From: an uncultured cyanobacterium
Lineage (GTDB): Bacteria > Cyanobacteriota > Cyanobacteriia > Cyanobacteriales > Nostocaceae
NCBI GenBank assembly: GCA_963740315.1
Contig: CAVUDP010000003.1
Coordinates: 96,001 to 160,000 of the forward strand
Length of the DNA stretch: 64,000 bases
Direction of reading: 5' to 3'
Position 1 is the stretch's first letter, and each line of letters starts with the position of its first letter. The notes below the pieces were generated by a model. The model made no database searches. It was not told the origin of the DNA and was given only the letters and a program-made list of their open reading frames with translations. The position numbers and the translations under genes are program-made. Positions 1 to 9,055 of this stretch are shown here, in pieces.

Positions 1-445
1 TTGGTTTTGTCCGGAGTTGCATCCCGGCTTTTTTGGGGGTGCGGTTACTTTTACGACAGTTACATTTAGAACAAGCGCTTACAACGTTGTCCCAAGTATG
101 ACGACCACCACGAGAGCGGGGAATCACATGATCCAGTGTTAAATCTTTGTTGGTACCGCAGTATTGGCAGCTATTATGGTCCCGGCGTAAAATTCCACGA
201 CGATTTACTGGTGGTACTTTCCAAGTCCGCTCGCGAGAAGCAATTTTTAAGCGGATATGCTTGGGTACATAAACTACCAAGCTGGGCGAGCTAATATGCC
301 ATCCACTTTCTGTAGTAATATCTAATGGTTCTGCCTTTTCAGTTACTAAAAGCACAACCGCCCGCTTAATATTCACTCGACACAGCGGCAGATAATTTTG
401 GGAAAACACTACCACGGATTTTTCTAATACTTGCATTATGCTCAT
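1..445 (-). CDS. HNH endonuclease family protein (3' end runs off the window)
   Basis: Manual translation: M(SIM)QVLEKSVVVFSQNYLPLCRVNIKRAVVLL...RRDHNSCQYCG...LTLDHVIPRSRGGRHTWDNVVSACSKCNCRKSNRTP. This carries the HNH/McrA-type motifs. GAGGAG RBS upstream. Start at 445 or 436. Not in the ORF track. Confidence 0.88.
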   Translation of the reverse strand, partial: MSIMQVLEKSVVVFSQNYLPLCRVNIKRAVVLLVTEKAEPLDITTESGWHISSPSLVVYVPKHIRLKIASRERTWKVPPVNRRGILRRDHNSCQYCGTNKDLTLDHVIPRSRGGRHTWDNVVSACSKCNCRKSNRTPKKAGMQLRTKP

Positions 446-463
446 CCCAGCTTGGCTCCTCAT

Positions 464-502
464 AAAAAACCCCCGCTTCTTTTTTCAAGGAAGCGGGGGT
501 TA
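464..502 (-). terminator. Intrinsic terminator-like hairpin immediately upstream of the HNH gene
   Basis: AACCCCCGCTTC...GAAGCGGGGGTT inverted repeat followed on the minus strand by a T-run and then the HNH RBS. Confidence 0.65.
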
Positions 503-802
503 AATGTTGACTTACTTTGAAGTCTTTTATTTAATCATTGGTACAGCATCTGTATTCCTGTACCTCCCGCTTGTTTTATCTGGTTTTAGCTGCTTTATTA
601 AATAAATAATTCTGGTATACTCACAATTTTGATTACTTAGCCTAAATTGCCCGCGATCTAAATTACATTCACCCATAAACAAATACTCCAATTCCGATGC
701 TGCTAATTCCCAACTGGCTCGGCAGTTGGAAATACATGAGGAAATGGAGTAGGTCGCGGTAAATATCACAGAAAATTTCACCTGTTGAACATTTCTATAA
801 AC

Positions 803-820
803 ATACTACACTTGTATTAC
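803..820. promoter_or_regulatory. Putative RHH (TrcR-type) operator in the divergent promoter region
   Basis: ATACTACACTTGTATTAC, an imperfect inverted repeat overlapping a TTGAAC-N16-TACACT promoter-like element upstream of the RHH gene. It resembles the Anabaena TrcR site as I recall it (not verified). Confidence 0.5.
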
Positions 821-851
821 TATCCTGTCTATACTTTTAAGGAGAAAAATC

Positions 852-1187
852 ATGCATACGATCGCTCGCACGCCTACCACCGAGATGGAAGTGACCAGTA
901 TCCGCTTGGAGCGGGAGCTAAAGGATAAGCTAAAGGAACTATCAGGGAATCAAGGATATCAAGCGTTAATTAGAGATATTTTGTGGAATTATGTCCAGCA
1001 AAAATCGGGTGAGTGGAAGCCGCGATTTTCGCGTGCTGATATTCGAGCAAGTATAGCGGCTACATCCCAGCAAGAAGAACGCTGCGTACTTACAGGTCAA
1101 GTAATTCAAGCCGAACAACCCATGCTGCTAGGACTTACAAAAACTGGGGATATGGTTCCTTTAAGTATAGAGAGTTTAGCTGGCTAA
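852..1187 (+). CDS. trcR: Ribbon-helix-helix transcriptional repressor (TrcR/All0854-like)
   Basis: N-terminal RHH pattern TSIRLERELKDKLKEL...GYQALIRDILWNYV; AGGAG RBS. Context is divergent HNH gene plus downstream GAF kinase and SRPBCC gene. Confidence 0.7.
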   Translation: MHTIARTPTTEMEVTSIRLERELKDKLKELSGNQGYQALIRDILWNYVQQKSGEWKPRFSRADIRASIAATSQQEERCVLTGQVIQAEQPMLLGLTKTGDMVPLSIESLAG

Positions 1188-1203
1188 TTTTTTTTCAACC
1201 AAT

Positions 1204-1242
1204 GCAGCCCAATGATTACATTTCGAGTAATCATTGGGCTGC
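1204..1242 (+). terminator. Hairpin/terminator after the RHH gene
   Basis: Perfect 16-bp stem GCAGCCCAATGATTAC/GTAATCATTGGGCTGC. Confidence 0.65.
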
Positions 1243-1957
1243 CTTATTGATATTAAAATAGTTATTTAAATATTTAATCTAAAAAACAAGAAAGAGATAT
1301 CTGATGAATTCCATGGCATATGTTTATTCAAAAGGTATATGTGCCTCAAAAAGCCTTTTTACAAGGATTTGATGATTTATAGGGGGTGTGACAATACTTG
1401 ACATATACAAACCTTGAGCCTAATAAATAAGTGACCGTTAAGAACAGGAGTACAAAATAAGCGTTCGATTAGCGCTCAAAAAAAGTTAAACTACCCTCTC
1501 AGCTGTTTTCGTTTTTTCAACTTGACCTTAAATAAAACAATATTTTTTGTTCTGACCGATAGACAATATTTTTCTCTCAAAGCACTTTTGACAGGAACAA
1601 ATAGTACTATTGTAATTCTTCTCCTCAGTGGGAATGCGGATGATATTTACAGACTTCTTGGCTTTACTCTAGAGAAAATACGGTTTATCTGGAGTTGTAG
1701 AGAGGATATTCTAGGTCTGAGAAAAGTAAAAAAGCTTGCGATTTCTGCCAAGGCTGACATTAAGTGTAAGAAGCATTTCAGTATACTAATAATATTTTTT
1801 ACCCGCAGTTTGCTTGCAGATAGATTTTTATATACCAGTAACACAAGTCATTTTAGATAGAAAGGGGCTATAACAGGTGAAAGAATTTATTTATAGAACT
1901 GAAATTGGTTCATCAGGGTGCAGTTACAGAAAAGCAGGTAAATAAAGTACCAGGAGG

Positions 1958-4024
1958 TTGGGTAAAACGACAATGGGGTCATTATCCAAGAGTGTGCCAC
2001 AAATGAAAAAGCGTATAATAACATCGCCGCCGCAGCGCCGGGATGAACAAGAAGACCTAGAAAAGTACCATTTTATGCTGATGCAGCATTCTGTTACACC
2101 CGCCCATCGGTTGGTATACGAAATCAATCAAATTATTGCTTCTAATAGCACACCTCCCGATAGGATGCTGCAAGAAATTGCTCGGCTAGTAGGAAGTGCC
2201 TTTGAAGTTGATTACTGCTTTTTGGTAACAGGTTCTAAAGGAGAGACAACTAATGCTAATTGGCGTGCCCAAGACGATTATCTCGGTTTACCCAACCAAA
2301 CCGAAGCGTACTCAATCGAACAATTAGAATTGCCAGTGGTAGAGTGTGCTGCCGAACCGTTTACTATTGAGGACATTTCTACAATTCAGGAAAGTTTGAC
2401 AATTGGATGTCAAAATTTTCCTTTACCAATAAAAGCCGTATTAGCAATTCCGACTCGGTTTGGCGGTAGCAATAATGGCGTAATTAGTCTGATCAGATGC
2501 GAGCCGTATGAGTGGAGTGATTCAGAAAAGGAATTATTAAGGGCTGTAGAAGCTTGCTGTGCTATTGCTTTTGCTCAAGTAGCACAAGCACGGATAATTT
2601 CTTCGCAAAAACAGCAGGTGCAAAAAAGCGAACAGCACCAAAGCTTGATCCAGCAATTAACCATACTCAACCGCAGCAACCTAGAATTTACCCAAATGCT
2701 TCAGTTGGTGGTTTCGTCCACAGCAGAGGCTTTAGGGGCAGACCGTGGTTTATTAATACTATTAAAATATTCAGACCCTTTATTTAGAATTCGTGCAAAA
2801 ACACAAATTCCTAAAGCTAAAGCTACCGTTGTTAGCGAATGGTGTAGGGAGGATTCTTCGCTTTGCGATGAGTTGGAATCGTTAGAAGAGTCTTTTTGGC
2901 TTGGAGATTGCGGTATATGCCAGCGTGCCTTCAAAGCGTCTAAACCCATAACCATTAATGACAACTCAGACAGGCGTAAGGACACTTCTACAATTGCTCC
3001 GGTGTTTGTCTTGGATAAGTTACCAGCAGCGCTGCTAATGCCTTTAGAAAGTCAAGGTAAAGTATTAGGATTTCTAGTGCTACAGCAAAGGCAACGTCGC
3101 AATTGGCAGCAAGCTGAATTAAATATTGTAGAAATGGTTTGCGCTCAAATCAGCAATGCGATTATTCAGACACAAACCCTCAAACAAGTACAAACTCTTG
3201 TAGACGAACGTACTGCTCAGCTACAAAGGAGTTTGGAAGTTCAAGCTAAGCTATACGAGAGAACGCGACAATACGTCCAGCAGTTACGCGAACTTAACGA
3301 ACTCAAAGATGAGTTTTTAAGCAACATGAGCGATCGCTTGCGCTATCCTTTAACCAATATGCGTATGGCGCTGCGTAATTTACGCCATCCCAACATCCAA
3401 CCGGATCGTCAAGCAAAGTATTTAGATATTCTGGAGCAGGAATGTACTAAGGAAATTAATTTGATTAATGACTTACTCACGCTCCAAAAACTGGAAACCC
3501 ATCAAGAACGCCCGCAGTTTGAAACAATTGATTTAAACACCAAAATTCAAGATATAGCAGCATCTTTTGAAACCAAACTCGCACAGAAAGGATTAAATAT
3601 TTCTGTTTGTTTACCGGATGAATCGCTCAAGCTGCAAACTGAAATAGAAAGTTTTGACCGCATCCTCCAAGAATTGCTCACAAATACCTGTAAGTACTCC
3701 GAACATGATAGTTGTGTAGAACTGCGAGTTTCCCAGATTTGCAAAACAGAAGCGAATCAAATACAGATTCAGGTAGTCAACGTTGGACGTGGTATATCTG
3801 AAGAGGAAGCTACATTTATATTTGACAAATTCCGTCGAGGTAAAGGTCGGTGGACTCCAGGTACTGGTTTAGGATTAGCTTTGGTTAAGTCTTTAATACA
3901 GCATCTAAATGGAGAAATAAACGTAGAAAGTACTTCTATAGAAGATTCTGAGTTGAGCCTGATAAGATTCACTTTAACTTTACCTCAATTTTCTGATAAT
4001 AACGAAGCCTCGGAGCCTTCATGA
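1958..4024 (+). CDS. GAF-domain sensor histidine kinase with atypical H-box (start uncertain)
   Basis: Two GAF-like regions, HisKA-like KDEFLSNMSDRLRYPL, HATPase boxes ELLTNTCKYS, IFDKFRRG and GTGLGL. Confidence 0.88.
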   Translation: MGKTTMGSLSKSVPQMKKRIITSPPQRRDEQEDLEKYHFMLMQHSVTPAHRLVYEINQIIASNSTPPDRMLQEIARLVGSAFEVDYCFLVTGSKGETTNANWRAQDDYLGLPNQTEAYSIEQLELPVVECAAEPFTIEDISTIQESLTIGCQNFPLPIKAVLAIPTRFGGSNNGVISLIRCEPYEWSDSEKELLRAVEACCAIAFAQVAQARIISSQKQQVQKSEQHQSLIQQLTILNRSNLEFTQMLQLVVSSTAEALGADRGLLILLKYSDPLFRIRAKTQIPKAKATVVSEWCREDSSLCDELESLEESFWLGDCGICQRAFKASKPITINDNSDRRKDTSTIAPVFVLDKLPAALLMPLESQGKVLGFLVLQQRQRRNWQQAELNIVEMVCAQISNAIIQTQTLKQVQTLVDERTAQLQRSLEVQAKLYERTRQYVQQLRELNELKDEFLSNMSDRLRYPLTNMRMALRNLRHPNIQPDRQAKYLDILEQECTKEINLINDLLTLQKLETHQERPQFETIDLNTKIQDIAASFETKLAQKGLNISVCLPDESLKLQTEIESFDRILQELLTNTCKYSEHDSCVELRVSQICKTEANQIQIQVVNVGRGISEEEATFIFDKFRRGKGRWTPGTGLGLALVKSLIQHLNGEINVESTSIEDSELSLIRFTLTLPQFSDNNEASEPS

Positions 4025-4581
4025 TTAAAGAAAAAAACTCACAATCCGATTCAAACCCCGAAGGGAATATTACAAATCCGAATTTACAAGCCGTAAGCGT
4101 CGAAGTTGAGAAAATCACAGAACGTCAACGAAAGATTGCGGCTAAAATTCAAATTCCTCATCCGGTAGAAAAAGTTTGGCAAGTATTAACCGATTATCAA
4201 GCTTTAGCTGATTTTGTTCCCAGTCTTGCTTCTTCTAAGAAGTTAGAGCATCCTAATGGAGGCATTCGCTTGGAACAAATCGGTTCTCAACGTTTGTTGC
4301 GGTTAAATTTTTCTGCGCGGGTAGTTCTGGATTTAGAAGAATCTTTTCCGAATCTAATTAATTTCCAAATGGTAGAGGGAGATTTTAAAGATTTCTCCGG
4401 TAGCTGGCGTTTGGATAGCTGTGCCTTGGATGATAAGACGGGGACTTTACTTTGCTATACGGTAAAAGTATGGCCTAAACTAACCATGCCGATAAGAATC
4501 ATTGAACCTCGTCTTTCTCAAGATATGCAATCGAATCTTTTAGCCGTTCGTCAGCGTGTAGAAGAGTTAACCGATCGATAA
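4021..4581 (+). CDS. SRPBCC (polyketide cyclase/dehydrase) family protein
   Basis: VWQVLTDYQALADFVP, MVEGDFKDFSGSW motifs; ATGA overlap with the kinase stop. Confidence 0.85.
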   Translation: MIKEKNSQSDSNPEGNITNPNLQAVSVEVEKITERQRKIAAKIQIPHPVEKVWQVLTDYQALADFVPSLASSKKLEHPNGGIRLEQIGSQRLLRLNFSARVVLDLEESFPNLINFQMVEGDFKDFSGSWRLDSCALDDKTGTLLCYTVKVWPKLTMPIRIIEPRLSQDMQSNLLAVRQRVEELTDR

Positions 4582-4614
4582 AAAAAGGTAGATTTTCAAA
4601 AATCTACCTTTTTT
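4581..4614. terminator. Bidirectional terminator
   Basis: AAAAAAGGTAGATTTT...AAAATCTACCTTTTTT between the convergent SRPBCC and tRNA genes. Confidence 0.75.
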
Positions 4615-4638
4615 ATTTAATGAATTAAAAAATTAAAG

Positions 4639-4711
4639 TACCCCCAAGGGAATTCGAATCCCTGTCGCCTCCGTGAAAGGGAGGTGTCCTAGGCCTCTAG
4701 ACGATGGGGGC
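4639..4711 (-). tRNA. trnE: tRNA-Glu (anticodon TTC)
   Basis: Minus strand GCCCCCATCGTCTAGAGGCCTAGGACACCTCCCTTTCACGGAGGCGACAGGGATTCGAATTCCCTTGGGGGTA folds as a cloverleaf with a TTCGAAT T-loop. CCA is not encoded. Confidence 0.97.
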
Positions 4712-4731
4712 TTGTGTTTTTCACTTTTATA

Positions 4732-4760
4732 AATTTAACGATTTTCTGGGAAATTGTCAA
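4732..4760 (-). promoter_or_regulatory. Sigma70-type promoter of tRNA-Glu
   Basis: TTGACA-N17-TAAATT on the minus strand, about 20 nt upstream of the tRNA. Confidence 0.7.
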
Positions 4761-5075
4761 TAGCTTCCACAAAAAAAGATTATTGATGACTAATTAGTCC
4801 CCGATGTTGGGAACAGCAGGTTAAAGTGGTTGAAAGTAAATAAAAAAGGGGCTATGGTTTTTAAACAACTTTGCTATACTTCTGGCGAACCTTCTTCACT
4901 GAAGCCTCGCCTCGGCGCTGTTGTACAAAAACTTAAAAAATGCTGTATTATAACCAACTTAGGAAAAAATTATCAATTTCACAAAAAATGAGGGGTACGA
5001 ACCTTTCATCAATTGCATTTAATGTTTACTATTCTTAATAAAAGATTTTGAAATACACGGCTCAAAATCTCCAAT

Positions 5076-6995
5076 ATGGAAGCATCTTTTGACATCACCC
5101 TACAAATGGTGATTGCTGTCGTTGCAGGCATCAGTGCCCAAGTGCTGGCTGCCTACATTAAAGTGCCTAGCATTGTTTTTTTATTGCTATTTGGTATCTT
5201 TTTTGGGTCGGATGGCATTGGGTTACTACATCCCCATTTGTTAGGCGTAGGATTGGAAGTAATTGTTGCTCTAGCAACGGCAATAATTTTGTTTGAGGGC
5301 GGATTAGACTTAGAATTGCGAGAATTAGGCAGAGTTTCTACCAGCCTGCAATTGCTCGTAACTTTAGGAACCTTAATTACATTAATAGGCGGAAGTATGG
5401 CGGCTCATTGGCTGGGAGAGTTTCCTTGGCCAATTGCCGTTCTGTACGCTTCGATTGTGGTGGTAACGGGTCCAACAGTTATTACTCCCCTACTTAAACA
5501 AATTAAAGTAGACCGACAAGTATCAACGATTTTGGAAGGTGAAGGGATCTTAATCGATCCTGTAGGAGCAATACTCGCTGTTGTAGTTCTCGATACTATT
5601 TTGAATGGCGATGCCGATCCAATAAACGCCTTCGCAGGTTTGTTGATCCGATTGGGTATTGGTGCAGCAATCGGTGGAGCGGGTGGCTGGCTGCTGAGCC
5701 TATTTTTCAAGCGAGCCAATATTTTGTCTTTTGAACTGAAAAATCTGGTAGTGCTGGCTTCTGTATGGGGTTTGTTTACATTGGCACAGATGATTCGCAG
5801 CGAATCGGGGCTAATGACAACTGTAATGGCAGGAGCAGTATTTGCTAATTCATCCGTACCCGAAGAACGCTTGTTACGCCATTTTAAAGGTCAGCTAACG
5901 ATTCTTTGTATCTCGGTATTATTTATCTTGTTAGCGGCTGACTTATCTATAGCCAGCGTATTTGCTTTGGGCTGGGGTAGTTTATTCACGGTGCTGGCGC
6001 TAATGTTTGTAGTGCGACCGATTAATATTCTTTTATGTACCTGGAACAGCGACCTTAACTGGAGACAAAAACTGTTTTTAAGCTGGGTTGCACCTAGAGG
6101 TATTGTTTCGGCATCGGTTGCTTCATTATTCGGTATTTTGCTTACCGAGCGCGGTATCAATGGTGGTGATGCTATCAAAGCACTGGTCTTTCTGACAATT
6201 TTGATGACAGTCTTCTGTCAGGGTTTGACTGCGGGCTGGGTTGCTAAATTACTAAGAATTACCTTAAAACAAGCAACGGGAGCGGTAATTGTTGGCTGCA
6301 ATCCTTTAAGTTTATTGATTGCCCGCTTCTTCCAAGAACGCGGTGAAACTGTAGTCATGATTGATACAGACCCAGAAGCAAGTCAGGAAGCACAAGCACA
6401 AAATTTACGGGTTTTAACTAGCAGTGCTTTAGATGCCAATGTCTTAGAAGAAGCCGGACTTGATTCTGTAGGTACTTTTCTGGCTATGACTAAAAACGGT
6501 GAGGTAAACTTCGTTTTGGCTCAACGCGCCGCCGAAGAATTCGATCCACCGCGTGTGTTAGCAGTATTTCCCCGCGATCCTCAAGCCAGTACCAAAAATA
6601 AAAGTAAAGTTTTACAAGCTTTTCTTCCCGACTTCAAAATCAAAACTTGGAACCAACATCTCAACGACGAACAAATCAAACTAGGAACTATGACTTTAAA
6701 AGATCCTGGTTTTTCCCTACAGAAAATTCAGTTACAAGCATTAATCCGGACTGGAGATTTACTGCCGCTATTTGTTGAAAGAGACGATAAAATCAACGTT
6801 ATGGCTGCCAGTGAAACTTGGCAAATTGGCGATCGCCTAATTTACTTGCTGCACGATCCCAGACCGGATCTGCTTAAACGCTTGTCTGGTGGAAACCAAT
6901 CTACTCGTCTTTCCTTAGAAAATTTACCGGAAGTAGAAGAAATTCCCATCGGCAAGTTATCTCAACTTTCAGCTACTGATGCACCAACACCTTGA
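5076..6995 (+). CDS. Cation:proton antiporter (CPA1/NhaP-type) with TrkA-N domain
   Basis: Many TM helices, TGPTV and EGILIDP motifs, PRGIVSASVA; C-terminal Rossmann-like VIVGCNPL...MIDTD. Confidence 0.9.
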   Translation: MEASFDITLQMVIAVVAGISAQVLAAYIKVPSIVFLLLFGIFFGSDGIGLLHPHLLGVGLEVIVALATAIILFEGGLDLELRELGRVSTSLQLLVTLGTLITLIGGSMAAHWLGEFPWPIAVLYASIVVVTGPTVITPLLKQIKVDRQVSTILEGEGILIDPVGAILAVVVLDTILNGDADPINAFAGLLIRLGIGAAIGGAGGWLLSLFFKRANILSFELKNLVVLASVWGLFTLAQMIRSESGLMTTVMAGAVFANSSVPEERLLRHFKGQLTILCISVLFILLAADLSIASVFALGWGSLFTVLALMFVVRPINILLCTWNSDLNWRQKLFLSWVAPRGIVSASVASLFGILLTERGINGGDAIKALVFLTILMTVFCQGLTAGWVAKLLRITLKQATGAVIVGCNPLSLLIARFFQERGETVVMIDTDPEASQEAQAQNLRVLTSSALDANVLEEAGLDSVGTFLAMTKNGEVNFVLAQRAAEEFDPPRVLAVFPRDPQASTKNKSKVLQAFLPDFKIKTWNQHLNDEQIKLGTMTLKDPGFSLQKIQLQALIRTGDLLPLFVERDDKINVMAASETWQIGDRLIYLLHDPRPDLLKRLSGGNQSTRLSLENLPEVEEIPIGKLSQLSATDAPTP

Positions 6996-7603
6996 ACCAA
7001 TTCTTCTGGCGTGCCGATCTGTTTTTCAACCCATAGCACGCTAAATAAATGCACTACTGACAAAATTATCGCAGCAGTCGAGAGAATATAGCTGTGTATG
7101 GTATAAAGACGCTGAACGGTCAAAGTACTGACACCACTACCACCAGTCAAAATTTCTCTTAACTGCTGACCGATAAAAGGAATTGCTTCAATGGTTCCCA
7201 ACTCAATATTAAAGCGCCAGAATCCAACTTGATCCCAACCCAAAATCATTGATGTCCAACTCAATCCGATTACAGATAGGGTCAAGAATATTCCACTTAC
7301 CCAGGCTGTATACCAACTTTTCGTAAATTTTCTGCCTAAAAACATCACTACAATTTGAATCAAGGCAGCAATAATTACTCCATTACCAGCAATCTGATGA
7401 GCTTTACGGAATAACCACCCGTATTGAATTTGCTCGGTTATCATCTTTAATGACTGATAAGCCCTGCCAGAAGCAGGTTCATAGTAAATAGAAAGTAGAA
7501 TACCCGTACTAGCAGCAACTAAGCTAAAAGTAATAATTACTACCGATAAAATCGTTGCCGTCCGCCGCATAACCATGTCAAATCGGCTTTCTTGCATAAT
7601 CAT
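6962..7603 (-). CDS. Cytochrome b/b6 N-terminal domain protein (divergent PetB paralog)
   Basis: GWLFRKAH, WVSG, GWDQVGFW, IPFIG...ILTGG...TVQRLYTIH match cytochrome b6 landmarks. Confidence 0.85.
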   Translation of the reverse strand: MIMQESRFDMVMRRTATILSVVIITFSLVAASTGILLSIYYEPASGRAYQSLKMITEQIQYGWLFRKAHQIAGNGVIIAALIQIVVMFLGRKFTKSWYTAWVSGIFLTLSVIGLSWTSMILGWDQVGFWRFNIELGTIEAIPFIGQQLREILTGGSGVSTLTVQRLYTIHSYILSTAAIILSVVHLFSVLWVEKQIGTPEELVQGVGASVAES

Positions 7604-7685
7604 AAAATCTTCTTTCCTTAGAAAATCCCTATTTTTATTACGATTTTAACTAAGAAATATTAATTATTGTTGAAAAAATATACAA

Positions 7686-8375
7686 TTATGATAAGTATTG
7701 CGCCCAAATTGATAAAGATTTTTGCGAACCATACCAAACTTTAGAAGTTCTAGGAGAATGCATTACGCCTTCAATAACTAAATTCTTCGCGCCTTCGAGG
7801 TGAGCGGCTTCGATAGGTGTAATTCCGTCTCCCCAAGTGTTACCTTCGCCACAAGTTAATTTATAACTACTGTAAGCCAGCCAGTTTCCAAATTTTCTTT
7901 TACCAAAAATGGTTTTTCCAGCAACACAGACGTAATCAACATGAAGATGAAATGCGCCGGGATAATTATGATTGACAAAATCCAAATTCGAGCGTGTCCA
8001 ACGCTCCTTACTAGTATGAGGGGTACCCAACGTTATAAGAGTGGCAACTTTTGGGTGAGCTTGCCACGTCAATAAATTTAGGTTGCTGCCATAAGCAACT
8101 TCACCTAAATAAATACGCGATATCCAACCTCCTGCGGAATGACCGATTAAATTTACTTGAGAAGCACCAAATTGTTGCAATGTTCGCTTTACCGTACAGT
8201 CTAATTGTTGCAAAATCGGAGTTACTGGTCTTCCTCCTAAAGCTGCTATCCAGTCTCGTCGTTGTAGCGGTACCGTGACTGTAGGAAAACCTAAATTTTG
8301 CAATGATTTTTCTAAACCATAGTAAGCTTCGGCGCTTTCAAAGAATCCAGGTAAAATAACTGTAGGTAGGGACAT
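7686..8375 (-). CDS. Alpha/beta hydrolase (lipase/esterase, PGAP1-like)
   Basis: LIGHSAGG nucleophile elbow, ITLGTPH, GDGITP and MHSP motifs. ATG at 8375 preferred. Confidence 0.85.
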   Translation of the reverse strand: MSLPTVILPGFFESAEAYYGLEKSLQNLGFPTVTVPLQRRDWIAALGGRPVTPILQQLDCTVKRTLQQFGASQVNLIGHSAGGWISRIYLGEVAYGSNLNLLTWQAHPKVATLITLGTPHTSKERWTRSNLDFVNHNYPGAFHLHVDYVCVAGKTIFGKRKFGNWLAYSSYKLTCGEGNTWGDGITPIEAAHLEGAKNLVIEGVMHSPRTSKVWYGSQKSLSIWAQYLS

Positions 8376-9055
8376 TTGTGTTACTCGGCTAGCAGGATTT
8401 AACAATTGAGACTTGCCAAAAAAAATCGCTTAGGTTTAACTTATACGTAAGTAAATTTTAGATTAGTATTATGTAAGCATTACTAATGGATGAAGATAAC
8501 CTATAATTGATGATTGTCTGTGCCTTACTGCTTAAAGTTCTGCGAGTGAGAGTTGTCAAATTCTTCCTTTTTGGCTGAAAATTAGCAAATTAATCCCGCT
8601 CCCATGCTTCGATTATGAAGATGCGATCGGAACAAAAGTAAGTAAACTCTATATCGGCGATAAAAACTAAACATAAAAAACCAAAAATGTCCGGAAGTCG
8701 GTGTTGAAATTGTAAAAAAAAAGATATATAAACCTTAACTAGGGTTAGTATATTTACTCAATTAACCTATTAGCGTCAAATTAACAAATCGAGTTTTAAA
8801 AGTAATGATTTGCCCCAGTGCTACCGACATTTACATAACTTCTGATTAGGATCGGTTCCAATTTGGTTTCAATTTAAATATACGCCCGCGAATAACCGCT
8901 CGTAGAACTGGCAATTTTAACCTAGATAAGTTTTGCAACAAGAAGTTATTATTTTTAGAGGGACGCATCTGAAGGGCTACTTTAATCAAATTATTATTGC
9001 CTGATAATAAAAATTGCTAGTCAACCGCAACCAAGCTAAGTGAGCGATAACAGCT

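Noticed and set aside
527..781. 84-aa minus-strand ORF in the HNH leader
   Set aside because: No recognisable homology; kept only as a possible leader within the attenuation finding.
1522..1860. 112-aa and 65-aa ORFs upstream of the GAF kinase
   Set aside because: No recognisable motifs or RBS; likely AT-rich promoter or leader DNA.
4639..4711. tRNA-Glu as an integration site
   Set aside because: No integrase and no duplicated tRNA 3' end seen in the window.
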